Shown in pieces: positions 1 to 9,849 of a stretch of 64,000 nucleotides of DNA. A program made the position numbers and the translations under genes. A model generated the notes under the pieces. The model was not told where the DNA came from. It was given only the letters and a program-made list of their open reading frames with translations, and searched no databases. This stretch comes from Candidatus Eiseniibacteriota bacterium (GTDB lineage: Bacteria > Eisenbacteria > RBG-16-71-46 > JAFGJU01), in NCBI GenBank assembly GCA_026388185.1, contig JAPLKG010000008.1:198184-262183 (forward strand). Direction: 5' to 3'. Every line of letters begins with the position of its first letter. Positions within the stretch are counted from its first letter, which is position 1.

Positions 1-792
1 GTGAGGCACAGGAGAGTCGTTGTCTTCGTCAAGCCGGCCTTTCTAATAATAGTGGATTCATTGACCGCGAAGGGTCGGCATCAATACGAGCAGAACTTTC
101 ATTTCGCCGGCGAGGCCTCTTTGTCCACCGAAGCCGGCCTCGTTCGGATCTCGTCTCTCGGCGCAGATCTGGAATCGCTGTTTTTTTCTCCGCTTCTTGC
201 GAGGGGAATGGGCGCGCTCTTCTCCGGTCTGGAGGAGCCCATCGTGGGCTGGCGCTCTCGAGCGTTCTGGCAGAAAGAGCCGTGCCAATGCCTTTCTGTG
301 AGGGGAGAATTCAGGGGATCTCTGCTTATCGAAAGCTGCATTCTGAGTGTTCCGTCGGGTCATTCACAGGAACACGTTGTCTCGTTCTCGAATGCGAATC
401 CGGAGGGACGAGGCTACAGTCTCGTCGAGAGAAAGACGCCACTCTACTCGGAAACCTCACTGATAAACCTGAGCGGGGGACAAGTGGGTGAGAGACGTCT
501 GGAGTCTGACGCAGACTACTTGTGCGTGCGCGAGTTTCCCGCAAGCGGAGCACTGGAACTCTTTGGGAGAAACGTGGGAAAGGTTTTGCGCAACGGCCAA
601 CCCATTCTCGAGGCCCCCAGTAAGTTTGCCTTTATCAAGGTGAGAGTCGAGGAAGAGAAGGTCAGATTCGAAGGCAGAGGCGCCGGCACGGTTCTGGTGC
701 GTGCGCGGCAGACCGCCAACGTCGTCTCGTCCGTGCCGATCGTGACCTGCTCGAGAGAAGGGGAGTTCATAAGAATTTCCTCCGAGACATAG
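1..792 (+). CDS. Heparinase II/III-like protein, C-terminal part (5' truncated by window edge)
   Basis: HRRVVVFVKP..IIVDSL...H.YEQNFHF pattern typical of heparinase II/III C-terminal beta-sandwich; sits in a polysaccharide locus. Confidence 0.6.
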   Translation: MRHRRVVVFVKPAFLIIVDSLTAKGRHQYEQNFHFAGEASLSTEAGLVRISSLGADLESLFFSPLLARGMGALFSGLEEPIVGWRSRAFWQKEPCQCLSVRGEFRGSLLIESCILSVPSGHSQEHVVSFSNANPEGRGYSLVERKTPLYSETSLINLSGGQVGERRLESDADYLCVREFPASGALELFGRNVGKVLRNGQPILEAPSKFAFIKVRVEEEKVRFEGRGAGTVLVRARQTANVVSSVPIVTCSREGEFIRISSET

Positions 793-848
793 TGGAGGCA
801 GGAGCAGATGAGTAGGACTGGCAACACAGAACAGGAATACCGGAGGAG

Positions 849-1901
849 TTGATGCACGAGAAACTGAGGATTGCTATTGCCGGAATGGGTGAGATGGGAA
901 TGGTCAGGGCGGTCATTGCCAAAGGCCTTTCTCAATACGAGCTGGCGTGTGTGATCGACTCTCGCGGGACCTTCGCCCGCCTTGCGGGAAAGCAGCTGGG
1001 CGTCGGCCACTACTCCAGTTATGAGAAGGCCGGTTCCGCAAAAGAGTTCGACGCCTTGATAATCTCCACGCCGCTAGAGTCTCACTATGAACTTGGAATG
1101 CAGGCGGTCCGCGACGGCAAGCATGTTTTCTGCGAGAAGCCGCTCGCGGGAAGCTCCACGCGCGCCATCGAAATGCACAGAGAGGCTGCCGAGCGCCGCG
1201 TGACGGCGCAAGTGGGGTACAACTGGCGTTTCTACGTGACCTTCAGAAGGGCCAAAGAGATTCTCGACGGAGGCGCTCTGGGCGAGCTCAAGTACGTCAG
1301 GCTGGCGGTCTACAAGAGTGAAGTCACAAAACCTGAAGAAAAGAGCGAGAAAAGAAACAGGGAAGAGCGATTTGGAATCTACGGTGCGCTTGCGGTCCAC
1401 GGGCTCGACCTCCTCCTGTGGTATGCCGGAAAACCGGCCAGCCTGAGCGCGCAGACCTCACGCGTGTTCAGCTCCGGGCTTTCGGACCTGATCTCCGCAG
1501 TTTGTAGGTTCGACAACGGAGTGCACGGAGTGATAGACCTCGGGTGGAGTCACCACGGATTCGTCGAGAAGGACGAGCTGTCCCTCTATCTCACGGGAAC
1601 ACTGGGTTCCATGAACGTGAATTCGGACTGCATAGAGATGTACCTGGAGAGAGAATGTGGAGGCTTCCCGTGCGGTGACTCGATCACGTATGCGTCGGAG
1701 ATTCCATATCACACAGAGTTCTGGTTTACGCACAGGGGGCTGTCCCACGAGATGGAGGCGTTCGCGCGCGCTGCTCTTCAGCGTACCGACGCCAGCCCTT
1801 CGTGGTACGACGGTTATCTCGTGGACAGACTCGTTGAAACGTTGGAGGAATCCGGCAAGAGCAGGAAGATAATCTCACCCGTGATTGAGGAGTCAGAATG
1901 A
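849..1901 (+). CDS. Gfo/Idh/MocA family NAD(P)-dependent oxidoreductase
   Basis: N-terminal Rossmann IAIAGMGEMG, HVFCEKP motif, VGYNWRF. Confidence 0.9.
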   Translation: MMHEKLRIAIAGMGEMGMVRAVIAKGLSQYELACVIDSRGTFARLAGKQLGVGHYSSYEKAGSAKEFDALIISTPLESHYELGMQAVRDGKHVFCEKPLAGSSTRAIEMHREAAERRVTAQVGYNWRFYVTFRRAKEILDGGALGELKYVRLAVYKSEVTKPEEKSEKRNREERFGIYGALAVHGLDLLLWYAGKPASLSAQTSRVFSSGLSDLISAVCRFDNGVHGVIDLGWSHHGFVEKDELSLYLTGTLGSMNVNSDCIEMYLERECGGFPCGDSITYASEIPYHTEFWFTHRGLSHEMEAFARAALQRTDASPSWYDGYLVDRLVETLEESGKSRKIISPVIEESE

Positions 1902-2788
1902 AACTACCGAAGGTAATGCTGGGGTCGAATCCCTTTCACGCTGTTTCTTACAGGAGCACTCAAGAGAGGAAGGAGTTCAGAAGGCGCTTCTCCACCGTCG
2001 AGAGCATATACAAGGTGATGGAGCGCTCGGCAGAGATGGGCGTGAGGGGTTTCCACTCCTATGCCAAGGACATGGAGATAAGGGCCATCGTCAAGTTGAG
2101 AGAAAAACTGGGTGATTCGATGACTGTGGTTTCGATCCTGCCCGACATCTACGGTGCGATGTCACGTCAGGCGGGAGGCAGTTCGCAGGACAAGAACCTG
2201 GCCAAGATCAAGATGCTGTTCAAGAACATGCCCGCCCTCATGTCAGCCGGGATGACGGGTAACCTGACGCCGATGGTTGACTCTATTCTCAAGGCCGAGC
2301 TTGCCTTCATAAAAGATACCAGACCCAACTTTGTCCTTCTTCACGGCACCCTCGTGGACATTGCTTGCGTTACGGAACAGAAGAAATTGCTGGTTCTCTT
2401 CAAGGAGAGGGTGCTTGACGCCGGAGCAGTGCCCGGGCTGACTACCCACAATCTTGGGACGACGTACAACAAGTTGAAGGAAATGAGCGTTCACTTTCCG
2501 GTCATAGAGGCGCCTTTCAATCCCAAGGGTTTCATGATGCAGCCGTCGGTGGAGGCGTGTCTCAAAGTGAGGAAAGAGGCCGGCGATGTGCATTTCATAG
2601 GAAAGAAGATTCTGGCGGGAGGTTCGGGAGATCCGCGCGGCGGCCTTACTTATGCTTACAGGGAGGCCGGAGTTCAATGCACGGTCATAGGTATCGGTAG
2701 CGTCAGCGAAGCGGACGAGACATTCGGCATCGCGAAGGAAGTGCTGGGAGAGGAATTTTCCTACGAATATGACGTCAAGGCAACCTGA
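1898..2788 (+). CDS. Hypothetical protein, possibly aldo/keto-reductase-like TIM barrel
   Basis: ATGA overlap with upstream gene; LGSNPF, TTHN, APFNPKGF and KILAGG segments resemble AKR-like barrels; inference only. Confidence 0.55.
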   Translation: MKLPKVMLGSNPFHAVSYRSTQERKEFRRRFSTVESIYKVMERSAEMGVRGFHSYAKDMEIRAIVKLREKLGDSMTVVSILPDIYGAMSRQAGGSSQDKNLAKIKMLFKNMPALMSAGMTGNLTPMVDSILKAELAFIKDTRPNFVLLHGTLVDIACVTEQKKLLVLFKERVLDAGAVPGLTTHNLGTTYNKLKEMSVHFPVIEAPFNPKGFMMQPSVEACLKVRKEAGDVHFIGKKILAGGSGDPRGGLTYAYREAGVQCTVIGIGSVSEADETFGIAKEVLGEEFSYEYDVKAT

Positions 2789-2819
2789 CGGCAGGAAGCC
2801 GCACTGAATCAGAGGAGCT

Positions 2820-4142
2820 TTGAAGATGGAAATCTCGGTCTTCGGACTTGGTTACGTCGGAACGGTCACGTCCGCCTGTCTTGCAAAACTGGGACACGTT
2901 GTCACCGGGGTCGACATAAACGAGTTCAAAGTTGACTGCCTTGCAAAGGGCAAGAGTCCCATAGTCGAGACAGGCATCGAGGCTCTCATCCGCGAGATGA
3001 AGGCCGCCGGAAGACTCACCGCCACGTCTTCGGCTGCGGAGGCCGTGAACTCGTCCCGGGTCAGTGTCATTTGCGTAGGAACGCCTTCTCGCGAGAACGG
3101 CTTCATGAATCTTGGATACGTCGAAAGAGTGTGCAGGGACGTCGGCAAGGCCCTGGGCGCGGTCGGTCACTTTCACGTGCTCATGTTCAGAAGCACCATG
3201 CTGCCCGGCACCGTGGAGAAGGACCTGATTCCGATGCTGGAAGAGACTTCGGGGAGAACGGCGGGTTCCGACTTCGGCGTGTGTTACAACCCTGAATTTC
3301 TGAGGGAAGGCAGCGCCGTTTCCGATTTCTTCAATCCACCTTTCACGCTCCTCGGGGTAAGCGACGAGAGGACCGCTCGCGTTGCAGAGGAAGTTTTCTC
3401 GTCTCTCAGCGCCCCGGTCGTCAGGACGACATTCAAGGTTTCCGAGATGGTCAAGTATGTGTCCAACTGTTTTCACGCACTCAAGGTTACGTTTGCCAAC
3501 GAGATTGGAAACCTATGCGGGCACGAGGGAATGGACAGTCACGAGGTCATGAAGATTTTCTGTATGGACAAGAGGCTTTCCATATCCGAACAGTACTTGG
3601 TTCCCGGCTTCGCTTTTGGCGGTTCGTGCTTGCCAAAGGATGTCAGGGCGCTCCTGGCCAAGTTCCGCGAGGCAAAGATCGAAGCTCCCGTCGTTGACGC
3701 GATCTTGAGGAGCAACGATAACCAGATACGGATTGTTCAGAGGATGATCGAAGACACCCGGAAGAAAAAGATAGGAATACTGGGCGTGAGTTTCAAGGCG
3801 GGCACGGACGACCTGCGCGAAAGCCCGATTGTCAAGGTGATCGAGAGTCTTGTCGGCAAAGGATTTGCAATAAAGGTGTACGACGAGAATGTCGAGCTTT
3901 CCAGGCTTCTCGGCGCAAACAGGCAGTTCGTGCAGGAAGAGGTCCCTTATCTGCCGTCGATCATGTGTTTTTCTGTGGACGAACTCCTCGACTTTGCGGA
4001 GGTCGTGGTCATAGCGAATAAAGGTGTGGGATTCGCCGAAATGGGCAAGAGGCTGCGGAAGGATCAGGTCGTAATAGACCTCGTGCGGGTTGTGAAGGAC
4101 GGTTCTGAAACGGCCGGCACTTACAGGGGAATAAGCTGGTGA
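2820..4142 (+). CDS. UDP-glucose/GDP-mannose dehydrogenase family (AlgD-like)
   Basis: FGLGYVG Rossmann, NPEFLREG, GFAFGGSCLPKD catalytic Cys, FKAGTDDLRESP, C-terminal GISW. Confidence 0.93.
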   Translation: MKMEISVFGLGYVGTVTSACLAKLGHVVTGVDINEFKVDCLAKGKSPIVETGIEALIREMKAAGRLTATSSAAEAVNSSRVSVICVGTPSRENGFMNLGYVERVCRDVGKALGAVGHFHVLMFRSTMLPGTVEKDLIPMLEETSGRTAGSDFGVCYNPEFLREGSAVSDFFNPPFTLLGVSDERTARVAEEVFSSLSAPVVRTTFKVSEMVKYVSNCFHALKVTFANEIGNLCGHEGMDSHEVMKIFCMDKRLSISEQYLVPGFAFGGSCLPKDVRALLAKFREAKIEAPVVDAILRSNDNQIRIVQRMIEDTRKKKIGILGVSFKAGTDDLRESPIVKVIESLVGKGFAIKVYDENVELSRLLGANRQFVQEEVPYLPSIMCFSVDELLDFAEVVVIANKGVGFAEMGKRLRKDQVVIDLVRVVKDGSETAGTYRGISW

Positions 4143-5290
4143 GAAAGAGTTTCCCGCCGGAAGGCGGTGCTCCGGCCGGAGAGCCATATCATGTCACGTT
4201 TCTGGCTTCTACCCTGGGGACGGGAGGGGCAGAAAGGATGATTCGTGAATTCGCGCTGAGACTGGACGGGCACAAGTACGCGCCGTCCGTCGTATGTCTG
4301 AATGCGCGCGGCGAGGTCGGCAAGGAAATCTCCTCCCACGGGATTCCTGTCGTTGATGGCATAATGGGCTCGAGATCCGACCCTTTCGTCCTTCTCAAGC
4401 TCAGACGAGCTCTGAAGAACCTGGCAACGGATCTCCTCTTTTGCCTGGAGCATCGCGACGCCGTGGTCCTGGGCACGCTGGCATCGCTTGGGCTGGTGAG
4501 GAGAACCTTTGTGGCTGTGCATTCCACCAGGTTGTGGGGAGGTCAAAAGAGCCTGGGGTTGACCACGCGCTGGTGTCTCAGATTTGTAGAGCGAGTCCTG
4601 GCCGTGGGTGAAAACCAGGCGGCCTATCTGGCTCAGGAAGAGGGAGTCGCGCGCAACAAGATAGCGGTAATACCCAACGGAATCGAACTCTCCGAGTTCG
4701 AGAAGATGCCTTCGCCTGCCGAGGTGCGGGGTTTGATTGGCCTCAAGCCCGACTCGCTCGTCGTCGGCATAGTGGCCGCCCTGAGGCCGGAGAAGAATCA
4801 TGAACTTTTCCTCGAGGCCGCCTCAGTTGTGGCAAGAGAGATGGAGGAAGTCCATTTTGTGATTGTCGGAGGAGGAAAGAGAAGGGCCCTGCTCGAGGGT
4901 CTGGCTGCCGGCCTCGGGATAACGAGCAACGTTCACTTCGTGGGCGAACGAAACGACGGAAGACTACTTATCCAGGCCTTCGACGTCGCCTTGCTTTGTT
5001 CGCATCCGGTCGTGGAGACTCTGCCGATCTTTCTGATGGAGGCCATGGCTCTCGGAAAGCCGGTCATATCGACGAGAGTGGGAGACGTGCCCTCTCTCGT
5101 AGAGGCCGGGACAACCGGTTTGCTGGTGCCTCCGGGTTCACGCGAAGAACTATCCGGCGCGATGCTCAGACTTCTTCGAGACGAAAGGCTTCGGGTGGAA
5201 ATGGGCAGACGCGGTCGAGAGAAAGTGGCGCGAGAATTCTCGCTCGACCGCTCCGTTCGGATGCTGGAGCGTCTCATAGAGATGAATTGA
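4139..5290 (+). CDS. GT4 glycosyltransferase
   Basis: GTGGAER, IPNGI, ETLPIFLMEAMALGKPVIS (EX7E-type) motif. Confidence 0.9.
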   Translation: MRKSFPPEGGAPAGEPYHVTFLASTLGTGGAERMIREFALRLDGHKYAPSVVCLNARGEVGKEISSHGIPVVDGIMGSRSDPFVLLKLRRALKNLATDLLFCLEHRDAVVLGTLASLGLVRRTFVAVHSTRLWGGQKSLGLTTRWCLRFVERVLAVGENQAAYLAQEEGVARNKIAVIPNGIELSEFEKMPSPAEVRGLIGLKPDSLVVGIVAALRPEKNHELFLEAASVVAREMEEVHFVIVGGGKRRALLEGLAAGLGITSNVHFVGERNDGRLLIQAFDVALLCSHPVVETLPIFLMEAMALGKPVISTRVGDVPSLVEAGTTGLLVPPGSREELSGAMLRLLRDERLRVEMGRRGREKVAREFSLDRSVRMLERLIEMN

Positions 5291-5325
5291 GAGCGCGTCG
5301 CAGGAATTCAGGAATCGAGGAAAAT

Positions 5326-6321
5326 GTGAGACCTACTTCTGCCGTCATCGCCGTCACATACAGATGTAATTCGCGTTGTGGGACTTGCGACATCTGGAAG
5401 AAAGACGTAACACCGGAGCTGCGCCCGGCTGATCTCAAAAGACTCCCGGCGGGTCTTCGCAACATAAACGTGAGTGGCGGCGAGCCCTTTCTGAGAGACG
5501 ATCTTGTAGACGTGATCGGCGTCCTGCGCGAGAGAAATCCGAGAGCGAGCATAGTAATCTCCACGAACGGCCTCCTTCCGGAGCGAATCGAGAGAGACGT
5601 GCGAAGAATGGGACGGGTCGGGGTGCGGGTCTCGATAGACGCGATGGGAGCGCTTGACGACGAAGTCAGGGGAGTGAGCGGGGCCTTTGCCCTTGCCTCG
5701 GAGACGCTTGACCGCCTGCAGGCGCTCGGGCTCGGAGACCTGGGTATCTCGGCGACCATCGGCCGGCACACTGCCGGAGACTTGAAGAAACTCAAGGAGA
5801 TGGCCGAAACTCGCGGCGTCGAGTTGGTGACGAGCCTCGTGCATAGCTCGCCTACCTATTTTGGAGAGCAAAAGGACGAGCTTCCCGAGAAGGGAAGCCT
5901 CGAAAGTGACGCCATCCAGAGGGAACTTGTCTGGTTGAGAGATCGAGAGCTCCGTTCCGCGAGACCTAAGGATTGGTTCAGGGCATATCTCACGGCCGGC
6001 ATCGTAGACCAACTCCGCGGGAAACGGAGAAGGATAAAGTGCCATGCAGGCGCGTGCTTTTTCTTCATGGAACCGGCGGGAGATATCTATCCCTGCAACG
6101 TGTGGCCCGAGAGAATGGGCAACATAGTTCTCGAGAGCTACGATGAAATGGTGGCCAACTCAGGACGGATACTTGCAGGCGTGAATGAGTGTCCGTTTCA
6201 GTGCTGGATGAGTTGCACGGTCGCACCCGCGATGAGGAAGCACCCTCTGAGACCGGCGCTTTGGGTGGTCGCGAGGAAGCTCGGAGTGAGCGAACGACAT
6301 GAAGATTCTTCAGGTAAATAA
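5326..6321 (+). CDS. Radical SAM/SPASM domain protein
   Basis: CNSRCGTC motif, SGGEPF, ISTNG, C-terminal Cys cluster (CHAG..YPCN..CPFQCWMSC); start re-set to GTG 5326 after GAGG at 5317-5320. Confidence 0.9.
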   Translation: MRPTSAVIAVTYRCNSRCGTCDIWKKDVTPELRPADLKRLPAGLRNINVSGGEPFLRDDLVDVIGVLRERNPRASIVISTNGLLPERIERDVRRMGRVGVRVSIDAMGALDDEVRGVSGAFALASETLDRLQALGLGDLGISATIGRHTAGDLKKLKEMAETRGVELVTSLVHSSPTYFGEQKDELPEKGSLESDAIQRELVWLRDRELRSARPKDWFRAYLTAGIVDQLRGKRRRIKCHAGACFFFMEPAGDIYPCNVWPERMGNIVLESYDEMVANSGRILAGVNECPFQCWMSCTVAPAMRKHPLRPALWVVARKLGVSERHEDSSGK

Positions 6322-7510
6322 GTTCTTCTTCCTCAAGGGGGGAGCCGAAAGATACTTTTTCGAGCTGTCCGGGCTTCTTTCCTCAAGAGGCCACAAGATT
6401 ATTCCGTTCTCAATGCAGGACCCCGCAAACGTGCCCTCACCGTATGCAAAGCATTTTGTGAGTAACGTGATTCTTGACGGCACAGGTTCGACCTTCCAGA
6501 AAATCAGAACCGCGGCCAGGGTGATCTACTCGTTTGAGGCGCGCAGAAAGCTGGAGGAGCTCATACACGAAGAGAGACCCGACATTGCTCACGTGCACAA
6601 CATCGCCCATCAGATTTCTCCGTCGATAATAGGCCTTCTCAAGAAACACGGGATCCCCGTCGTCCAGACTCTCCACGATTACAAGCTGGCTTGTCCTGCG
6701 TACTTGATGATCGTGAGAGGTCGCCTGTGCGACGCGTGCGTGGCCGGGAAATACTACAACGTTCTGCTGAAAAGATGTACGCACGACTCACTGCTTGCGA
6801 GCGGCGTGGCGTGCGCGGAGATGTATGTGCACAGACTGACGGGAACCTTCTCGAAGGTAGATGCATTCTTGTGCCCCAGCGAGTTCATCATGGGCGTCAT
6901 GCGGCGCTCTGGCATCGAAGCCCAGAAGCTCTTTCACGTTCCTCACTTCATCGATCTGAACCATTACGAGCCGCGTTACGGAGGCTCGGAGTCTTTCATA
7001 TACGCGGGTCGTCTGTCGGCGGAGAAGGGCCTCAAGGTGCTTCTCGAGGCCAAGCGGAACGTGAAGGGATTCAACCTCGTGGTGGCAGGCGAAGGCGAAC
7101 TCCGCGAACGGCTTGAGGCGTACGCAACGAATGACGGCGACGTTTCATTCATGGGGTTCCTTCCGAGGGAGAGACTGGCTCAAGTCTGGAGAGACGCGGC
7201 TTTCACGGTCGTGCCGTCCGTGTGTTACGAGAACTTCCCTTATACCATTCTCGAGTCGTTTGCATTCGGGAAGCCCGTGATTGCGGCCAGAATAGGCGGT
7301 ATGCCTGAACTGGTCAGAGACGGAGAGAACGGTTTCCTTGTGGAGCCTGGAAACGTCCGTGACTTGACCGAGAAGATACTATATCTTGTCTCGAGACCCG
7401 ACGAGATCTTGAGGATGGGAAGACTCGCGCGTGAAACCGCCGAGAGAACGTACTCTGCCGAGAGGCATTACGATAGCATCATGAAGCTCTACGAGAGGAT
7501 GGCAAGATGA
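6299..7510 (+). CDS. GT4 glycosyltransferase with Cys-rich insert
   Basis: KGGAERY, TLHDYKLACP, ENFPYTILESFAFGKPVIA. Confidence 0.9.
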   Translation: MKILQVNKFFFLKGGAERYFFELSGLLSSRGHKIIPFSMQDPANVPSPYAKHFVSNVILDGTGSTFQKIRTAARVIYSFEARRKLEELIHEERPDIAHVHNIAHQISPSIIGLLKKHGIPVVQTLHDYKLACPAYLMIVRGRLCDACVAGKYYNVLLKRCTHDSLLASGVACAEMYVHRLTGTFSKVDAFLCPSEFIMGVMRRSGIEAQKLFHVPHFIDLNHYEPRYGGSESFIYAGRLSAEKGLKVLLEAKRNVKGFNLVVAGEGELRERLEAYATNDGDVSFMGFLPRERLAQVWRDAAFTVVPSVCYENFPYTILESFAFGKPVIAARIGGMPELVRDGENGFLVEPGNVRDLTEKILYLVSRPDEILRMGRLARETAERTYSAERHYDSIMKLYERMAR

Positions 7511-8601
7511 AGATAGCCATGATAGGCCAAAAGGGAATCCCCGCAACCTATGGCGGCATTGAACGCCACGTGGAAGAGGTGGGAATACGGTTGGCCAGTC
7601 GGGGACACGAAGTGAGTGTGTACTGTAGGTTCTACTACACGAGGGTCACGGACAAGTATCGAGGCGTGAGGCTCCTTAGACTGCCGAGCGTGAAGACAAA
7701 ACACTTCGATACTCCGACGCATTGTGCCATCTCCACGTTGGATTCCGTGTTCAGGGGCTACGACATCGTTCACTTCCACGCCCTGGGACCTTCGCTCTTC
7801 AGTTTCATGCCACGCCTCACGGGAGCCAAGACGGTGGTTACGGTGCACGGTCTTGACTGGCAGAGGGAAAAATGGGGACCCGCCGCCTCGTGGATTCTGA
7901 AGCGCTGCGAGTATCCCGCCATCCACTTTCCTTCAAGAACTGTCGTCGTCTCACGCACTCTTCAAGAGTACTTTCGAAACAAGTATGGGATCGAGACTAC
8001 GGTTGTTCCGAACGGAACAAACATCCCCACCTCCAGAGCGTTGTCCAAGCTCAAGAAAGCGGGGCTCGAAGCGGGCAACTATGTGCTTTTCGTGGGAAGG
8101 CTTGTGCCGGAAAAAGGTTGCCACTTTCTCATCGAAGCCTTTGAGAAACTGGACACGCGTACGAAACTTGTGATTGCGGGAGGGTCGAGTTTCTCGAGCG
8201 AGTACGTCGATACCCTCAAGAGGCACGCCAGTTCCAGGGTCGTCTTCCTCGACTACGTCTACGCGGACACGCTTGAGGAACTCTGGAGCAACGCGCTGCT
8301 TGTGGTACAACCCTCCACGCTCGAAGGTCTTTCCATCTCTTTGCTAGAGGCTCTCAGCTACGGCAGATGCGTGCTCGTGAGCGACATCCCCGAAAACCTG
8401 GAAGTGGTCGAGGACTGCGCTCCGTCGTTCAGGAGCAAAGACGTCGAGGATCTGAGAAGCAAGCTTGAGATGCTGTTGGGCTCGCCCGAGTTGCTCGCGG
8501 CGTACGAAAACAAGGCCAAGCGTCACATATTGAACAGATTCACGTGGGACGGGGTGACGAACTCACTCGAGCAAGTATACCTCGAGCTTCTCTCCAAGTA
8601 G
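7507..8601 (+). CDS. GT4 glycosyltransferase
   Basis: KGIPATYGGIERHVEE, TVHGLDW, EGLSISLLEALSYG. Confidence 0.9.
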   Translation: MKIAMIGQKGIPATYGGIERHVEEVGIRLASRGHEVSVYCRFYYTRVTDKYRGVRLLRLPSVKTKHFDTPTHCAISTLDSVFRGYDIVHFHALGPSLFSFMPRLTGAKTVVTVHGLDWQREKWGPAASWILKRCEYPAIHFPSRTVVVSRTLQEYFRNKYGIETTVVPNGTNIPTSRALSKLKKAGLEAGNYVLFVGRLVPEKGCHFLIEAFEKLDTRTKLVIAGGSSFSSEYVDTLKRHASSRVVFLDYVYADTLEELWSNALLVVQPSTLEGLSISLLEALSYGRCVLVSDIPENLEVVEDCAPSFRSKDVEDLRSKLEMLLGSPELLAAYENKAKRHILNRFTWDGVTNSLEQVYLELLSK

Positions 8602-8630
8602 GTCGTTCAGGTCGGCCGAGCTTATTTGTG

Positions 8631-8659
8631 TTGAAACTGTCACCTCCCTGTGCTATAGA
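8631..8659 (+). promoter_or_regulatory. sigma70-type promoter for manC-like gene
   Basis: TTGAAA-17 nt-TATAGA with TG extended -10. Confidence 0.6.
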
Positions 8660-8694
8660 GAGTCAGAAATCTGAACAACGGGGAGGGACGTCTT

Positions 8695-9771
8695 ACGCAT
8701 AAACTCTTTGCCGTCGTATTGGCTGGCGGTAGGGGAGAAAGATTCTGGCCCTTGAGTCGGGCTTCTTCTCCCAAGCAGCTACTTCCTATCGTCGGGCGAA
8801 GAAGTCTTCTGGAATCGACCGTTTCCAGAATTGTTTCGCTCGTCCCGCCCACACGAATCTACGTCATCACCTCAAAGCATCTTCAAAGTGAGGTGGCGAA
8901 GAGACTCGCCGGCTTCAGAGGAATTACCGTCGTCGGAGAACCGGCCGGAAAGAACACGGCTCCTGCGATAGGGTTGGCGTCCAGCTTGATCTCGATGGTC
9001 GAGCCCGACGCCGTGACACTTGTGGTGCCGTCGGACCACATGGTCAAGGGAAAGAGGGAGTTCATCAGTGACGTTAGGAAGGCCGTGCGGGTAGCCCAAT
9101 CACGCAAGCTCGTCGTGTTCGGCATCAAACCTGACAGGCCGGAGACGGGCTACGGATACGTGCAGGTGGGGGGGCGCGCAGGCTCGGTTGGGAAGGGTGT
9201 TTTCACGGTGAGGAGCTTCGTGGAGAAGCCTGATCACAAGAACGCAGTCAGACTGTTGCGTTCGGGGTGTCACTATTGGAACAGTGGTATGTTTGTGTGG
9301 CGTGTAGACGCCCTGCTGGGGGAAATCCGAAAGCACCTACCCGCGCTTGCCAAGTCCATCGAGGCCTTCTCTTCGGAGTCTTCCGGCCGCTCGTTTCGCG
9401 AGAGGCTCGACCGGTTCTATTCCGGCGTGGAGGCCGTTTCGATTGACTACGGACTCCTGGAGAGATCGAGCGACATTGTGATGGTGAGGGCCAGTTTCTC
9501 GTGGGACGACGTTGGTTCCTGGCTTTCACTCGAGAGAATCTTGAGCAAGGACAAGCGGGGCAACGTTCTGTCCGGTGAGACCGTTGCGGTTGACACTCGC
9601 AATTGTGTGCTCGTCGCGTCCAGCGGTGTCGTTGCCACGTTGGGTGTCGAGAATCTTGTGGTTGTGAGAACCGAGAATGCGACCCTGGTGTGTGCCAAGG
9701 AGCGGGCGCAGGGAATAAAGAAGATATCGAGAATTCTCTCCTCTTCCAAGAAGTTGAAGAGGCATCTTTGA
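8695..9771 (+). CDS. manC: Mannose-1-phosphate guanylyltransferase (GMP domain only)
   Basis: LAGGRGERFWPLSR..PKQ, EPAGKNTAPAI, PSDH, ETGYGY, FVEKPD, WNSGMF, WDDVGSW; start uncertain (track gives TTG 8719, which lies inside the first conserved strand). Confidence 0.9.
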   Translation, partial: THKLFAVVLAGGRGERFWPLSRASSPKQLLPIVGRRSLLESTVSRIVSLVPPTRIYVITSKHLQSEVAKRLAGFRGITVVGEPAGKNTAPAIGLASSLISMVEPDAVTLVVPSDHMVKGKREFISDVRKAVRVAQSRKLVVFGIKPDRPETGYGYVQVGGRAGSVGKGVFTVRSFVEKPDHKNAVRLLRSGCHYWNSGMFVWRVDALLGEIRKHLPALAKSIEAFSSESSGRSFRERLDRFYSGVEAVSIDYGLLERSSDIVMVRASFSWDDVGSWLSLERILSKDKRGNVLSGETVAVDTRNCVLVASSGVVATLGVENLVVVRTENATLVCAKERAQGIKKISRILSSSKKLKRHL

Positions 9772-9849
9772 CACAGGCGAGCGTTAGGGTGCGGTCCGGA
9801 CGCGTGCTCGACGCGTGGACTCTTTCTTTCTCAGAGCGTCGAGGAGGTT

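Noticed and set aside
4996-5325. N-terminal extension of the radical SAM ORF
   Set aside because: Overlaps the GT4 gene; GTG 5326 has an SD and immediately precedes the conserved domain.
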